Assembly (NCBI GenBank): GCA_028713935.1
Contig: JAQTNI010000037.1
Location: forward strand, 1-13,576
DNA: 13,576 nucleotides
DNA from: Candidatus Iainarchaeum sp.
GTDB lineage: Archaea > Iainarchaeota > Iainarchaeia > Iainarchaeales > GCA-2688035
Direction: 5' to 3'
The notes under the pieces are model-generated. The model was not told where the DNA came from and ran no database searches. It saw nothing but the letters and a program-made list of their open reading frames with translations. Shown piece after piece: positions 13,226 through 13,576 of the stretch. How positions within the stretch are numbered: the stretch's first letter is position 1; the number at the start of each line of letters is the position of its first letter. The translations under genes and the position numbers were made by a program.

Positions 13226-13513
13226 TTGGCCAAGATGCTTAGTGTTGAAATTGATGAAAGGTTTGCAAAGGCAATTGACAAGGTTATTGGACAAACAGGG
13301 GCTTATTCCTCAAGAAGCGAGTTTTTGAAGGATTCCATTAGAAAAAATTTTGAGGAAATGCTCAAAATGGATGCTGATTTGCGGAGCATTCATGAAGGCG
13401 CCAAAAAGCTTGCTGAAATAGCAAAATCGCGCGGATATAAGGGCGGGCTGTTGACAAGAAAAGAGAAAGACAAAATTGCAAGGGAATACCTGAAGGAAAA
13501 GGGATTTACCTAA
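13226..13513 (+). CDS. Ribbon-helix-helix (CopG/MetJ-type) DNA-binding protein with a basic C-terminal extension
   Basis: LSVEIDERFAKAIDKVI...YSSRSEFLKDSIRKNF follows the beta-strand/helix/helix RHH pattern. Either TTG 13226 (AAGGTG 5 nt upstream) or a leaderless ATG 13235 could be the start. Confidence 0.7.
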   Translation: MAKMLSVEIDERFAKAIDKVIGQTGAYSSRSEFLKDSIRKNFEEMLKMDADLRSIHEGAKKLAEIAKSRGYKGGLLTRKEKDKIAREYLKEKGFT

Positions 13514-13576
13514 AAATCGGCTTTGCAAGGGATTATAAAAATGCTGATTGATTCGGCAGAAAGCGAAACAAAGAAT

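Noticed and set aside
13541-13576. Possible start of another plus-strand CDS (MLIDSAESETKN...) after the RHH gene
   Set aside because: Only 12 codons are visible, the SD is weak (AAGGGA) and no motif is present. That is too little to support a call.
1-13576. Search for CRISPR repeats, tRNA T-loop/anticodon-arm patterns, terminal inverted repeats, transposase/integrase genes and long direct repeats
   Set aside because: None found by eye. The recurring TTTTGCCTTTT/AAAAGGCAAAA words are short, scattered and consistent with composition and codon bias. They do not look like a repeat family.

Overview
Dense, low-GC 13.6 kb chromosomal window with about 18 protein genes and very little non-coding DNA. 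I found no rRNA, tRNA, CRISPR array, transposase or integrase.

Host inference: first genes of transcription units have an A/T-rich TATA-like box about 24-30 nt upstream of an ATG and no Shine-Dalgarno (SD). Internal genes carry strong GGAGG/AGGTG SDs and overlap their upstream neighbour. With the gene content (tandem winged-helix regulator, COG2231-like endonuclease III relative, IMPase), this suggests a small-genome, DPANN-like archaeon. The AspRS, however, is the long bacterial type.

The core is an indirect Asn/Gln-tRNA pathway cluster on the minus strand: endoIII-like > aspS, then gatC > 33-codon micro-ORF > gatA > IMPase-family > MBL-fold hydrolase > gatB > 163-aa orphan. Almost every junction is an ATGA/TTGA/TAATG overlap.

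Other genes are:
- a radical SAM enzyme with a Cys-rich C-terminus, followed by a zinc-ribbon mini-protein
- a small membrane protein plus a tandem-wHTH regulator
- a GIDE-like/LemA fusion membrane protein
- a ribbon-helix-helix (RHH) regulator with a perfect palindrome in its promoter
- three K/R-rich orphan proteins

Most worth a second look:
- an unassigned, heavily base-paired ~200-nt element at the left edge
- the micro-ORF that exactly bridges gatC and gatA
- the two unrelated enzymes inside gatCAB
- the GIDE-LemA fusion
- the radical SAM/small-ORF neighbourhood
- a 312-bp intergenic region with promoter-hairpin-T-tract modules

All calls rest on reading motifs by eye. No database search was run.
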